Below are positions 19,772-29,995 of a stretch of DNA of 64,000 nucleotides, in pieces (position 1 is the first letter of the stretch; the number at the start of each line of letters is the position of its first letter). The notes beneath the pieces were generated by a model, which worked only from the letters and a program-made list of their open reading frames with translations, did no database searches and was not told the DNA's origin. The translations under genes were made by a program, and so were the position numbers. This stretch comes from a virus (lineage: Duplodnaviria; Caudoviricetes), in the IMG/VR virus record IMGVR_UViG_3300014204_000004, positions 1 to 64,000 of that record. One strand, given 5' to 3'.

Positions 19772-20437
19772 TTACGAAGAACTAGACGGCAGTTCGGGAC
19801 AGTTGGTAAGACGCTGAACCAGCGTTCTCAAGTAGGTAACTTCTTCACGTAATATTGCTACCTCTTGTGTAGTCTGGTTCAATCTTTCTGCAGGTCTGAG
19901 ACCTATTATCCAAAGCTTGTTCATAATCTCTTGTACCGACTCTATAGGCAAACGTAACGCGGCCTCGTAGTGAGGTATAACTTCATTTGGGCTCTGGTCG
20001 ATTGTCTCCATTGTTACACTACGCACCACATGTATCCTGTTGCTGTCCCTTTCTCTCATCATCATGTGCATATCAAACATATTGTTTGAAAACACCGATG
20101 CTTGCTCTATTAAAACTCTCATGTTCGTTCTCCTTGATAGCTCAGACGCCAATTCTAAGGTCATTTCACATCTGCCTAATGGCACTATTCTTCGTAAAGA
20201 ATTGTAAGCCTCTTCAGGTATCTCGCCTGCTTCGTTAATAGACCCTGGATGTGCCTGCGATTCTTCACTGGCGAGATTGAATATTCTGTGAAAGGGACTA
20301 TCTTCTTCTGGCGCGTTCGATTCTACATGAAAGTGGTCGTTATCACCTACCACTGTTTCAGGTACACCAAACTCTTTAATAATTACCTTGCGCTCCAGTG
20401 CTCTCTGTTTGTCGAATCTTCTCTTGCGTTCTACCAT
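19772..20437 (-). CDS. Hypothetical protein
   Basis: 221 aa; MVERKRR start; C-terminal Q.IMN.LW..GLRP. Confidence 0.6.
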   Translation of the reverse strand: MVERKRRFDKQRALERKVIIKEFGVPETVVGDNDHFHVESNAPEEDSPFHRIFNLASEESQAHPGSINEAGEIPEEAYNSLRRIVPLGRCEMTLELASELSRRTNMRVLIEQASVFSNNMFDMHMMMRERDSNRIHVVRSVTMETIDQSPNEVIPHYEAALRLPIESVQEIMNKLWIIGLRPAERLNQTTQEVAILREEVTYLRTLVQRLTNCPELPSSSS

Positions 20438-20441
20438 TGTC

Positions 20442-21446
20442 CTACTCCTTGAGTACGCAATCTGCTACATTGAGAATGATATCGTAGAACGCCTGTTTAC
20501 TATATATTGGTTTGCTGAAGTACTGCAACTTGTTCAAGAAGAACAAGGATTCTTTCTCGCTCTTGGCATTGAGTACGCATGAGGTCATGTACATTGCTAC
20601 CACAATACGTATCGATTCGGGGTTCATGTTACGCATACGCTTGAGCAGAGCAACGGCTTTCATCCAGTTCGTTTTGCCATCACGTATGAACTTACACAAA
20701 TCGATGACCTCTGCTGAGTTCTCTGGTGAGTTGAGAAGGTCAGCTACTGCATCGACAGTCTTACAACTTCTGCACTGTGAAAGGTACACAAGAGCCTGAC
20801 GCATGCTACCGAAAGACTCTCTTGCTATTGTGACGAGTGCCTCTTTGGGTACCTTCAGGCTCTCTTCTTTGTGTATGTACTCAAGCATGTCTGTGATATC
20901 ATCGACGCCAAGCTCTCTGAGACTGAAGGTGTGGCATCTGGTCTGCACTGTCTTTGGTATCTTCTGCAACTCTGTGGTGCAGAGTGCAAAGTAAACGTGG
21001 CTTGGTGTGTCTTCAAGAGGCTTGAGCAGTGCATCGAACGCGTTCTTCGACAGTTCGTGTGCCTCGTCAAGAATGATGAACTTGATTCCGTTATGACCAA
21101 GCCCTGCATAATTGATACCTTCGAGCAGTTCTCTCATTGCATCGACACCTGTGTTATTTGCGGCATCTATCTCGATGAAAGGCTCGTCTATGACGACGCC
21201 AGGCTGTAACTTCTTCGCTAACATACGCGCTATTGTAGTCTTCCCTGTACCGGAAGGTCCTGCAAATATCATCGAGTGCGGTAGCTCGTTGTTCTTCAGC
21301 AGTGCCTTGAGCGAATCAATTACGCTCTTGTGACCTGCTAAGTCTTTAAACTTCTCTGGTCTGTACTTCAGATGAAAGTCTCCGTATCTATCATCTACTC
21401 TCATTACGCCTCCTCTATCAGCTTCTTTGTGTGGCATCTCTTGCAA
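20442..21446 (-). CDS. dnaX: Clamp loader, DNA pol III gamma/tau-like (probable start 21404)
   Basis: KYRP..F.DL.GH, GPSGTGKTT.AR, EIDAA, ILDEAH.LS..AFDALLK.LE, T..TRC and GSMR.A motifs. Confidence 0.9.
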   Translation of the reverse strand: MQEMPHKEADRGGVMRVDDRYGDFHLKYRPEKFKDLAGHKSVIDSLKALLKNNELPHSMIFAGPSGTGKTTIARMLAKKLQPGVVIDEPFIEIDAANNTGVDAMRELLEGINYAGLGHNGIKFIILDEAHELSKNAFDALLKPLEDTPSHVYFALCTTELQKIPKTVQTRCHTFSLRELGVDDITDMLEYIHKEESLKVPKEALVTIARESFGSMRQALVYLSQCRSCKTVDAVADLLNSPENSAEVIDLCKFIRDGKTNWMKAVALLKRMRNMNPESIRIVVAMYMTSCVLNAKSEKESLFFLNKLQYFSKPIYSKQAFYDIILNVADCVLKE

Positions 21447-21661
21447 ATCTTGTAAGGCTTACCTGTCTTCTCGTTGTATCTTATAATAAAATCGTGCTCT
21501 ATCGGTTCAGCATGAAAATCAGGATGTGAGGCATATGTCGAACCACACTCGTCACATACCTCGCACTGAAATGGAGCGTCTGAACCAAACGCTGTTGACT
21601 TGCCACACTTGCATCTCCAAAATTGCATATCGTTCTCCTTAGCCTCTGCTTGTGCCTTCAC
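21404..21661 (-). CDS. Small zinc-finger protein
   Basis: CKCG, C..CDECG and CKRC motifs. Confidence 0.55.
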   Translation of the reverse strand: MKAQAEAKENDMQFWRCKCGKSTAFGSDAPFQCEVCDECGSTYASHPDFHAEPIEHDFIIRYNEKTGKPYKICKRCHTKKLIEEA

Positions 21662-21878
21662 CTGACGGTGGGGTAGCCTTCACAACACGACCAGACTGTT
21701 CGTGGTCTTCTTCGCTCAACGAGAACCATCTTACTTGACTCAATGGTATATGTCTATTCTTGCCGTTCAACAGACGCATCCAAAGAAGATATGCGCCGAA
21801 ACGCACTTCAGTACATTTGAATACTTCTCTGTATCCGTCCCACCATCTTACGTTTACAGTCGTAGGTGTATCGTTCAT
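21639..21878 (-). CDS. Hypothetical protein
   Basis: GGAGG RBS; operon packing. Confidence 0.55.
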   Translation of the reverse strand: MNDTPTTVNVRWWDGYREVFKCTEVRFGAYLLWMRLLNGKNRHIPLSQVRWFSLSEEDHEQSGRVVKATPPSGEGTSRG

Positions 21879-21879
21879 T

Positions 21880-22305
21880 TTACTGTGCCTCCCTGATACT
21901 TCTTAAATATTTCAGCGCGGGGTGAACTATCATACACGCACCGTTACAAATAGTACATCTCTGTCTGGGCCAATCGAGGCAAAATACCCACTCACCTGTA
22001 CCTCCACAGTGTTCACACACCACCTCTCCCCAAGAAGGATGCTCGTACAAATAGTCAGCTAGATTACGAAGGTTGAGTTGAGCAGAAAACACAGTTGTCC
22101 ACCTTGGAAGTTTGCTATATGAGATATATTGAATGTGTGATAAGTAATTTTCCCACACTTCTGACATCTCTCGTTCCATGAACTCTTTGACGGGTATAGG
22201 ATTGACGAGGTAGTCAGGATTTAAATCTACGTCCAAGAATGGTTGTTCATGCCATTCCTCGCCCACCATCAATACTAGTGTGCGCTTATATTGTTCATCA
22301 GTCAT
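21880..22305 (-). CDS. Hypothetical protein with DnaJ-type CxxCxGxG zinc motifs
   Basis: CEHCGGTG...CTICNG. Confidence 0.55.
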   Translation of the reverse strand: MTDEQYKRTLVLMVGEEWHEQPFLDVDLNPDYLVNPIPVKEFMEREMSEVWENYLSHIQYISYSKLPRWTTVFSAQLNLRNLADYLYEHPSWGEVVCEHCGGTGEWVFCLDWPRQRCTICNGACMIVHPALKYLRSIREAQ

Positions 22306-22574
22306 TTACGTTTCCTCCTCACCTTTCTGTCTACAATCTCTGCATAAACGTGAATGTCTCTGTAGACCGGGTAGCATCCATTACTGCATCTTCTATGCAA
22401 GCCACAGCCATGTCTGGGATAACCGTAATGCTCTATGTGGTACTTATCGACAAGCTTGTGGTCCTCAGTTTCTACCCACTTAACAATCTTGCCGACCTTT
22501 TTAATCTGTCGAAGAATTGTTACCAACTCAGTCTCGCATCGAAAGTATAGGTTCATGCTGGTCATATTATTCAC
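22302..22574 (-). CDS. Hypothetical protein
   Basis: GGAGGTG RBS; coupled to neighbours. Confidence 0.5.
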   Translation of the reverse strand: MNNMTSMNLYFRCETELVTILRQIKKVGKIVKWVETEDHKLVDKYHIEHYGYPRHGCGLHRRCSNGCYPVYRDIHVYAEIVDRKVRRKRK

Positions 22575-22578
22575 CTCC

Positions 22579-25143
22579 CTACGCGGCTAACACGTTTCTC
22601 ATATCCATGAAGTCGCGTGTCTCGTATGTCTTGAAAGCCTCAACCTCGCCCCACGCTTCGCCTCTCGATACTTCAACTGACAGAGGTACAATCAGCCAAT
22701 CATATGTGAGTGTGGTCATTATCTCAACGATGGTTAAGATATCTTCGTCGAACGATGCCTTCGGTAAGTAGAAGGTCAAATCATCGTGTATGTTCATGAC
22801 CGGCTGAAACTGTGGTTTGTTATGACGATACGCATATCGCGTAAGGGCGTACATTGCATCGAGAACTACGTCAGATGCGGTACCCTGAATTGGTGTATTG
22901 AGAACTTCGTTGGGACTCATCGGGTGTCTTCTCTTTCTACCAAACGAAGAGATAACCAAGCCCGACTGTCTGTAATGTGCAAGTTGTGCCTCTTGCCATC
23001 TCTTTGCACCAGCGAACATGTTCCAGAAGTCATTGAATAACTGACCTGTCTTGTGCTCGTCTAAGCCGATTGCCTGTGCCACTGAAGGTACCTGTGCACC
23101 GTAAAACCAGGGAAATACAAGCGTGTTTTTTATGTCCTTTCTCAGCTTCTTAAGTGCATCTTCAGTTATGTTCTTCAGTATGCCCTTCTTTGCCGCCACA
23201 CGCTTCGCCCAGTCCATGTGTATGTCGTACTCTTCAAAGATTGCCTTAACAAAGAATACGTCACGTGCCACAGATGCGATAACTCTTGCTTCTATTTGCC
23301 CGTAGTCAACAGGTACAATGTAATGGTCGGGCGGTGGTATTACTATGTTACGTGCTCGTTTGTTGTTCCTACTTGGAAAGTTCTGAACGTTGGGGTTAGA
23401 TGCACTCAGCCTGCCAGACACCACGAACAGATGTGAGAACTCGGGGTGTAGTAGACCATCAGGATATATAAGGTCGAGAACTGAATCAACGTAGGTTGAT
23501 TTCTGCTTGGTGGCTTCTCTGTGCTTAACCGTATAGTCTGCAAGCTTTACCCCTTTATCGCTCAGTTGTGCAAGCACCTCTTTATCTGTACTGTACCCAC
23601 CACTCTTCGTTGTCTTGAAGGCACTGACATGCAGTATATCTCTCAGCACATTGGTTAACTGCGTGTTAGAACTTGGTGAGAACTTCTTGCCAAACTTTGC
23701 TTCGTACTGCTTGACCTCTTTGAGATTGGCAATCTTATCTGCCATCTCTATCTTAGTCTTCTCGTACTCTTCACCGAATACGACAGCTTGATGCCTGTCT
23801 ACAATCAGACCCTTCTGCTCGGTAAAGCAGAGTGCCTTTGCTATCTTCACGCGTTGTTTGGTAGACCTTCTGTCATCACGGTCCATCAATCTGCGTAACG
23901 TTGTACTTAGTAGATGTTCGTACTTAGTGTCCATACCGTTGTAATAGAGCAATTCAGGTATAGGTGCCGCAAGAAGGTTCTTTCTGTCTACGTCTGACTG
24001 GTTCTTCAACTCAAAACCAAAATGCAATAAGGTCAGAATATCGAGAGAACTCATGCCCGCGCCTTTCTTACCCGGACGCTCATCGAGTGCTACTGACATT
24101 GCCGCAGTGTCGTCCCATTTAGCATCGAGCACCACTTCTTTGTCGAACATATGAGACAGATGAATCATTTCAAACTTGGCATGATGCGCTTCCTTTATTG
24201 ACTCGTTCATCAAGAAGCGATACATCATGCGTTTCACTTTACGTCTTGCTCTTGCTGATTCCCACCCTCGTGGATGGTCTACAACGAACGCTACTGTGTC
24301 ATCATATGTGCCAATAGCACACGACAGTAGCGTGTAATTACGCGCAAAGGGTGACAGCGCGGTCGTTTCAATATCTATTGCGTATCGCGCACGTCTTTTA
24401 CTAAACCTTTTCAACCGCTTATCGAGGTCAGCCAACTGACTTTCATCTGAGCCGTCGAAGATGGTGATGTTGTCTCTGTAGTTACCTTTGTGTACGAAAG
24501 GCTCAGGTGGGTCCTGCAGAAACTCGTTTATCTTTTTGTGGTCCAGTTCAAACGTGTGCATGAACTTACGGTCTATCTGCTCTCCACCACCCCACTGCCC
24601 TCCCTGTCTTATTACAAATGAGGGATGCAGGTTGAAGGCAATCCAATAGTTATTCATATTGTCGAACGAGATAGGCATTACTCTACCACGCCATGCGAAT
24701 ATCATATCTTTGCCTGTGAAGAACTTGAGAGGTATTGCACCATACGTCATAATCAACGTAGGGTTCATCATCTGTATGTTCTTAATCAACCGTGAACGAC
24801 AACACTCCATCTCGAACTCGGTCGGGTTTCTATTGGCAGGAGGTCTGCAAGCGAGTATGTTGTCGAACGCTATTCTATCAGTGTCTATGTGGTCACGTAA
24901 TGCACCACGTAGCAACTGACCAGACCTGCCTATGAACTGTCGCCCTTCAAAGTCTTCTTGCTCGCCAGGTGCCTCACCGATAACGAGTATCTTGGGGTTC
25001 TCAAGTCTGCCAGTAGGTCGCATCTTGGGGGTGGTCAGTCTGTCCCAGTTATTCTTAAGAGGACAAACATCGCACCCCTGTTCGTGTGCTATGTCGAATC
25101 TGTTATCGACCCTTTCTTCTTTCTTGGTGTAGAAAAGCGCCAT
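22579..25143 (-). CDS. Family A DNA polymerase with N-terminal family-4 uracil-DNA glycosylase domain
   Basis: UDG: CxxC.L, GEAPG.QED..G..F.G.SG.LL, CRPP.NR.P, HPS. 3'-5' exonuclease: DIET. Polymerase motifs: GRLS...PN.QN, DYGQIEAR, K....F..FYG, N.PIQGTA.D, IHDD. Confidence 0.95.
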   Translation of the reverse strand: MALFYTKKEERVDNRFDIAHEQGCDVCPLKNNWDRLTTPKMRPTGRLENPKILVIGEAPGEQEDFEGRQFIGRSGQLLRGALRDHIDTDRIAFDNILACRPPANRNPTEFEMECCRSRLIKNIQMMNPTLIMTYGAIPLKFFTGKDMIFAWRGRVMPISFDNMNNYWIAFNLHPSFVIRQGGQWGGGEQIDRKFMHTFELDHKKINEFLQDPPEPFVHKGNYRDNITIFDGSDESQLADLDKRLKRFSKRRARYAIDIETTALSPFARNYTLLSCAIGTYDDTVAFVVDHPRGWESARARRKVKRMMYRFLMNESIKEAHHAKFEMIHLSHMFDKEVVLDAKWDDTAAMSVALDERPGKKGAGMSSLDILTLLHFGFELKNQSDVDRKNLLAAPIPELLYYNGMDTKYEHLLSTTLRRLMDRDDRRSTKQRVKIAKALCFTEQKGLIVDRHQAVVFGEEYEKTKIEMADKIANLKEVKQYEAKFGKKFSPSSNTQLTNVLRDILHVSAFKTTKSGGYSTDKEVLAQLSDKGVKLADYTVKHREATKQKSTYVDSVLDLIYPDGLLHPEFSHLFVVSGRLSASNPNVQNFPSRNNKRARNIVIPPPDHYIVPVDYGQIEARVIASVARDVFFVKAIFEEYDIHMDWAKRVAAKKGILKNITEDALKKLRKDIKNTLVFPWFYGAQVPSVAQAIGLDEHKTGQLFNDFWNMFAGAKRWQEAQLAHYRQSGLVISSFGRKRRHPMSPNEVLNTPIQGTASDVVLDAMYALTRYAYRHNKPQFQPVMNIHDDLTFYLPKASFDEDILTIVEIMTTLTYDWLIVPLSVEVSRGEAWGEVEAFKTYETRDFMDMRNVLAA

Positions 25144-25146
25144 CGC

Positions 25147-26298
25147 TTACTCCTCGTCGGACGTAGACTCACCTGCTGAATTGGAAGTGCTGTTCTTCAT
25201 GGTAGATGCCAAGATACGTAACAGCCTGTCTTTGCGACCAACATACGCTCTTGCTTTAGCATCTTCATCCGTAACAAAAGCCAGTTCTTCTGTGGTAGAT
25301 ACTGTCTGCTTCAGCAACTCTGCTTTGAACTGCAGGGGCGTTATGCTGATTTCGTTCTTGAGGCTCACGAACTCTTCTACCTCGCCAATGGCACTGGACG
25401 CCTCAATCTTCATCTTGTTACCTTTGAAGCTAACATCTACCAGACCGTCTGTATTGCTTGAGAGTATCACCAAGCACCTGTTGATTGCATCGAGAAAACG
25501 AGGTGACATGGGACAGTATGAATCGCCAGGGTCAAATCTTTTAATGACCTTTTCGTAGTCAGGAAACTCGACTGATTGCGGCGTTTTGGTGAACACATTA
25601 ACTTCGCTGGTCTTGATGTACACCGAGGACTGCCCGATTGCGACTGTCTTGTCTATGAGGTGAGTAGAAAGACTGGCAACTAAGGAGCAGAACTGCTTGG
25701 GTAAGAGAACCTGTATACGACTTGCTGTGCCAAGTTTCTTCACGCTTGCGTCTTCGCATACGTAACGTGCCATGCGTATCGCGTCTGTCGCATACAGCTT
25801 CAGCGAGGTGCCATTTATGTCAAGCATAACACCACTGAGTGCTATGTTGGGCGAGCCTTCGTTGAGTGCTATCGAGGTTGATGCCAAGCCCTCTATCACA
25901 TCGTCTGTGAGTTTGAATGTAAAGAGAGGTTCTCCTGTCAGGTCGTCGAATAGATAGGGCTTGTATAGTTTCACTGCTGTCGAAACCAAAGTGACTCTGG
26001 TCTTAGGCTTTGCTTCACCACCACCTTTCTTGGTTCTCGACGAGGCAATGTTGAGCTCCTGCTTCTTGAGCATGCTGAGTACGAGTTTGTTGGTGGGTAT
26101 CGAGTTCACTATCTTTACGAAAGCGTCGCCGTTAACCACACAGTTAATGTCACCTGTGTCTACTGTTACAGACACGCCCTGCATGCCATTGAAGGATACC
26201 ATACGACCACTGCCTATGTAGATATTCTTCAGTATGGGGATGAGGTCCGATGATGCAATGCAACTTTTTACCACATTCGATGCGTTGTCTATATTCAT
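25147..26298 (-). CDS. dnaN: DNA sliding clamp (pol III beta-like)
   Basis: 383 aa; PILKNI, LSGVML, YATD.IRMA and FPDYEKVI motifs. Confidence 0.85.
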   Translation of the reverse strand: MNIDNASNVVKSCIASSDLIPILKNIYIGSGRMVSFNGMQGVSVTVDTGDINCVVNGDAFVKIVNSIPTNKLVLSMLKKQELNIASSRTKKGGGEAKPKTRVTLVSTAVKLYKPYLFDDLTGEPLFTFKLTDDVIEGLASTSIALNEGSPNIALSGVMLDINGTSLKLYATDAIRMARYVCEDASVKKLGTASRIQVLLPKQFCSLVASLSTHLIDKTVAIGQSSVYIKTSEVNVFTKTPQSVEFPDYEKVIKRFDPGDSYCPMSPRFLDAINRCLVILSSNTDGLVDVSFKGNKMKIEASSAIGEVEEFVSLKNEISITPLQFKAELLKQTVSTTEELAFVTDEDAKARAYVGRKDRLLRILASTMKNSTSNSAGESTSDEE

Positions 26299-26316
26299 TC
26301 CACCCTCCTTAAGATT

Positions 26317-27003
26317 TTACCAACTTGCTGTTGTGCTATTGCTGAATATCGTGGTGTATTTAGGCTGTGCCTTCTTTTCAAAATCGAAACCGTAGTTTTC
26401 GAGAAGCTGAAGTGCCCTGTCGTCAATATCAATCTGCTCTTGGTTTGACTGAATCGCGTGTTTGATGGTCTTGATGTTGTCATGTAAGATGTGCTCGATG
26501 ACACCATCCTTCTTCTTGTTCTTGACCTTGAGAAGGACCTTTTGATATAAACCAGACCGCTTTTTGAGGTGCTTGATTTGTGTGATATGGTCATTCGACT
26601 TCTTGCGAAGCGCAGACTTCATCTCGCCTATGATATCAATGTAGATAATATTTTCGCCTGCCTGGTCGATGAGACTCTGCATCATGTTTTGAATCAGGGA
26701 AATACACGTGGCAAGTTCTGAGTTAGCATTGCGTTCGCTCTCGTCACCAGTCTCGTCATATTTCTTGCGTCTTTCAGGGCTGGACAGTATTGCATACGCA
26801 CGGTGTGCCTCTATGAAGTCTTCTTGTTTGCCTTCATTGCGGTCAGGATGTGTTTCTTTTGCTTTGCGTCGGTATGCTCTCTTGATTGCATCGTTTGCCG
26901 CGTCCTCGTCTACACCAAGAATGTCATAAAGACTCTTCTTACTCAAGTGTGCCTCCTTTCTTGTACCCTTCATCGTCATGATATAGCCACCATATAGTGA
27001 CAC
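26317..27003 (-). CDS. J-domain (DnaJ-like) protein
   Basis: LYDILGV...A....IKRAYR.KAKETHPD...AY.ILS..ERRKKYD. Confidence 0.9.
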   Translation of the reverse strand: MSLYGGYIMTMKGTRKEAHLSKKSLYDILGVDEDAANDAIKRAYRRKAKETHPDRNEGKQEDFIEAHRAYAILSSPERRKKYDETGDESERNANSELATCISLIQNMMQSLIDQAGENIIYIDIIGEMKSALRKKSNDHITQIKHLKKRSGLYQKVLLKVKNKKKDGVIEHILHDNIKTIKHAIQSNQEQIDIDDRALQLLENYGFDFEKKAQPKYTTIFSNSTTASW

Positions 27004-27196
27004 GAGCTATAATGCCAAGGCTTGTCACTATGGTAGGTATTATAGTCCAGCCATATATCGAGCCGTATTTGAATAGCCAGAAACATGCCCCCCACAGGAC
27101 AAACAAAACCACAATCGAGAATATGTAGTTTGGTGACCCCTTAAACTTTTTGCCAAAGTTAACTATGGGCGGAAGAATACGCTCAATGTTCTTCAT
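26939..27196 (-). CDS. Small two-TM membrane protein
   Basis: Two hydrophobic segments; AGGAGG RBS. Confidence 0.55.
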   Translation of the reverse strand: MKNIERILPPIVNFGKKFKGSPNYIFSIVVLFVLWGACFWLFKYGSIYGWTIIPTIVTSLGIIARVTIWWLYHDDEGYKKGGTLE

Positions 27197-27229
27197 TTGA
27201 AGCCTCCTATTGTTTTGAAATCGTAATAT

Positions 27230-27258
27230 ACTTTATCATACCAAATTTATTATGTCAA
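27230..27258 (-). promoter_or_regulatory. Sigma70-type promoter (TATGATAAA family)
   Basis: TTGACA-N17-TAAAGT with extended -10 TG. Confidence 0.7.
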
Positions 27259-27321
27259 GAGAAAAGTTTAAGCTGTTGTTACTTGTAGAGCCTCGATAAG
27301 AGCGCCTTCACATCTTCTTGC

Positions 27322-27879
27322 TCATATCAACCTCTTCGTATACATACCTTTTCTCATGCTCTCAACAAGAGAACCGATACGGCTTGCGGCATCTTCTATG
27401 GTATAATTGTTGGTGAAAACGTAGTCGGTAGCGACACGTTCGTGTTCTGTTTCTGATTCGTGGTCTGTTCTGAGTGCGGTGAATCTTATCACGTTGAGTA
27501 TGAAGCCACCTACTCCCATGTAGTTGAAGTCATACCGTATCGAACTTGCCTCATTGATGAAGCGTACATCTGATACGACCACATCGCTGACTATGCCTTT
27601 CGTTTCAAAGAACTCAATGAGCTTTGGTCTCAGAGCCTTAATCCAGTAGTCCTCATCGACCTGTTTTCTGAAGATGTTTGTGCCAATACGCTGAAATAAT
27701 AGACGCGCCCATTCTGGCTTGGTTATATATGCCTCTTCGTAAGTCATAAGACCTGCCTCTATCAGCATGTTCTTGAGTATGTCACCAAAGGCGAAGCGTG
27801 TGAAGCCATGATTATCACACAACAGCTTCGCCACAGTGTCTTTGCCTGAACCAATATAGCCTGTTATACCGATTATCAT
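27322..27879 (-). CDS. Deoxynucleoside monophosphate kinase
   Basis: IIGITGYIGSGKDTVA, R.L.Q..GT, VVSDVRF.NE and H.SE motifs. Confidence 0.9.
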   Translation of the reverse strand: MIIGITGYIGSGKDTVAKLLCDNHGFTRFAFGDILKNMLIEAGLMTYEEAYITKPEWARLLFQRIGTNIFRKQVDEDYWIKALRPKLIEFFETKGIVSDVVVSDVRFINEASSIRYDFNYMGVGGFILNVIRFTALRTDHESETEHERVATDYVFTNNYTIEDAASRIGSLVESMRKGMYTKRLI

Positions 27880-28368
27880 TTAGTCGTCTCCTCCGCCATC
27901 CCAATCACCAGATGAACCCCCACCGCCGAAGTCTCCACCACCGCCATCGAAGCTCTCACTGACATCGAAGCTCTCACTCTCACCACTATCGCTATCTCTA
28001 TCAGCAAAAGCATCGGCGATAACAGAACCAACAACAACTGTGTCTTGTATGTGCGTGGCTCTTCTTGGTGCGCTATCGTACTGAGACGGTCTTGCTTGTT
28101 GTTTGTATGGTATGTTCGCATGTTTAAGTAACTCTACGACCGGGTCGTGTTTGTACGAGCACTCGTTTGGGTAGGCATACATCTTCAGTGACAGGCAGTA
28201 GCCTTCACGTACAGCACTGGCATAAATACAGTGCTCACATGGTGACTCTTTGGCAAGTCTGTCATGAAGAAGCTCATGATATGTCAAAGTCGGTGGCGAT
28301 TCCACTAAGAGAGTTGGTCTACCCCATTTTCTCGGTCTCATAGGTACATCTCCTGCGTAGTATCCCAT
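27880..28368 (-). CDS. Hypothetical protein with Gly/Ser/Asp-rich tail
   Basis: Ends SFDGGGGDFGGGGSSGDW. Confidence 0.6.
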   Translation of the reverse strand: MGYYAGDVPMRPRKWGRPTLLVESPPTLTYHELLHDRLAKESPCEHCIYASAVREGYCLSLKMYAYPNECSYKHDPVVELLKHANIPYKQQARPSQYDSAPRRATHIQDTVVVGSVIADAFADRDSDSGESESFDVSESFDGGGGDFGGGGSSGDWDGGGDD

Positions 28369-28641
28369 TTATAGCACACCTCTCTCCTTCTTGAGTCTTA
28401 TCAGCACCAACGCTGACTTAGGCTTAGGACAAGACTCTTCAGGCTTACCATTTACAGAGCATCTGTACCTTAGAATACAGATATGAGCCTTGTTCATGAC
28501 TTTGGTCGCTAGACATCCCCAACAATCGCTCTGTTTTGCCATTAGTACACCTTCGGATGGTTCATCGGGCCGCCTGACCTTTTCGCACTTACCACTTCTT
28601 CTACAGGCTTCACCTTTATAATCTGAGCGACTGGTAACCAC
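28369..28641 (-). CDS. Small Cys-rich protein (probable start MAKQSDC near 28542)
   Basis: CWGC...C...C...CPKP. Confidence 0.45.
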   Translation of the reverse strand: MVTSRSDYKGEACRRSGKCEKVRRPDEPSEGVLMAKQSDCWGCLATKVMNKAHICILRYRCSVNGKPEESCPKPKSALVLIRLKKERGVL

Positions 28642-29021
28642 ATTTCAATCGGCTTGTTGTCTTTGTCCAGCTTGGTAGCTGACACCATAACACGAACACA
28701 GCCTGATGACCACGTAGTGAAGCCGGTGATTTTGCCTCTGAATGAGGTTATTGTATCCTGTACCTCATCGAGAAACTTGAAGTCGTGCTTTTCAGCTTCT
28801 ATCACCGTGTCAGCAAAGAGACCTTTTTCCAATATCTCTATGCGCGGTGTCTCATCGAGGAAAAAACACTCCTCTACCTTGCCGGCAAATATCTCCTGCT
28901 TCTGTATGCCGATAGAATCGACATTGTGTAACCACTTGCTTTTGGATAACACGACGCCCTCAAACCCTGTAACTCTGTCTCTTACCCTGTCGCCAAGTTC
29001 TACTACCTTTTCATTGCTCAT
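28542..29021 (-). CDS. Protein with an internally duplicated small beta domain
   Basis: LGDRVRDRVTGFEGVV and FLDEVQDTITSFRGKI are paralogous halves. Confidence 0.65.
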   Translation of the reverse strand: MSNEKVVELGDRVRDRVTGFEGVVLSKSKWLHNVDSIGIQKQEIFAGKVEECFFLDETPRIEILEKGLFADTVIEAEKHDFKFLDEVQDTITSFRGKITGFTTWSSGCVRVMVSATKLDKDNKPIEMWLPVAQIIKVKPVEEVVSAKRSGGPMNHPKVY

Positions 29022-29046
29022 TGTTCCACCCCTTTAATTAGATTTT

Positions 29047-29742
29047 TTAGTAGACCATCTCGTGTACTATATCCCAATACTGAGAGTACAAATGCAGACC
29101 GCTTGAGTACGCAATCAGTGGCCCATCTTCACACTCGAAGGTCAGGTTAGATAGCACGTACTCCTTGACCATTTGCAGACCTGCCAAGTTCTCAGGGAAG
29201 CCTGCAAATAAATCCCACGAACGAAAGAACACGTTGAGGTACAGATGCTTGTTGATTACTTTGAAGTCTACGACACGCAGACAAGGCGGGTCAGCCATGA
29301 CGATAGCTTCAAGACCGCCGATAGATATACATGCCTGATTGGTAGCACCTTTGGTTTGATTCAGCATCTCGATTGCTATGTCTATGGCTGGTTTACGTTC
29401 ACGCTTTGAGGTGTTATGTTCTTCGGTAGGTACACCAACTATGTATGAGCCGTATACGTAGTCCTCATTTACCTCTATCTTATCTGACATGAGATACTTG
29501 ATAAAGTAAAGTTCGATTTTCTCTTCACAGGTCGGTGGTGGGAAAGGTTGCGGTGGTATAACTGCCAGTGGACGCGTCCCGGGATTGCTTATGCGTATGA
29601 CAGCATGCTCTAACTGTCTGCGAAACTGCCCTACGTAAGAGCCTTGTTCGACGCGGTAATCGACACCTTCTTTGTAACACGCGGTGATAGCGTTGCGCCA
29701 CGCGTCATCTATACTGAAGCCTGTAATAACAGCCATTCTCAA
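29047..29742 (-). CDS. thyA: Thymidylate synthase-family protein (short, archaeal-like ThyA type)
   Basis: Catalytic PPCL, FRSWD...GFPEN and SSGLHLY motifs. Confidence 0.8.
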   Translation of the reverse strand: MRMAVITGFSIDDAWRNAITACYKEGVDYRVEQGSYVGQFRRQLEHAVIRISNPGTRPLAVIPPQPFPPPTCEEKIELYFIKYLMSDKIEVNEDYVYGSYIVGVPTEEHNTSKRERKPAIDIAIEMLNQTKGATNQACISIGGLEAIVMADPPCLRVVDFKVINKHLYLNVFFRSWDLFAGFPENLAGLQMVKEYVLSNLTFECEDGPLIAYSSGLHLYSQYWDIVHEMVY

Positions 29743-29966
29743 CCCTCCCTATTGCTCTGTTTCACTACATTGTAGGAACGCACATCATCTGCCACTCTAT
29801 TTATCTTGGCATGTGCGTCGCGCAGACCGTTCTCAACGTACTGTGCGAACTCTGCTCTGACATTGTTTACCACACGTTTGGTTAATATTACAAAGACTAT
29901 GAATTGTACCGTGATGAGCAAGATTGCGGCTATTGAGACCTGTATTGCTGTGATTGAAATTTCCAT
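29739..29966 (-). CDS. Small membrane-anchored protein
   Basis: N-terminal hydrophobic helix followed by coiled coil. Confidence 0.5.
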   Translation of the reverse strand: MEISITAIQVSIAAILLITVQFIVFVILTKRVVNNVRAEFAQYVENGLRDAHAKINRVADDVRSYNVVKQSNREG

Positions 29967-29995
29967 TATCCACCCCTGGATTATAGATTATAAAG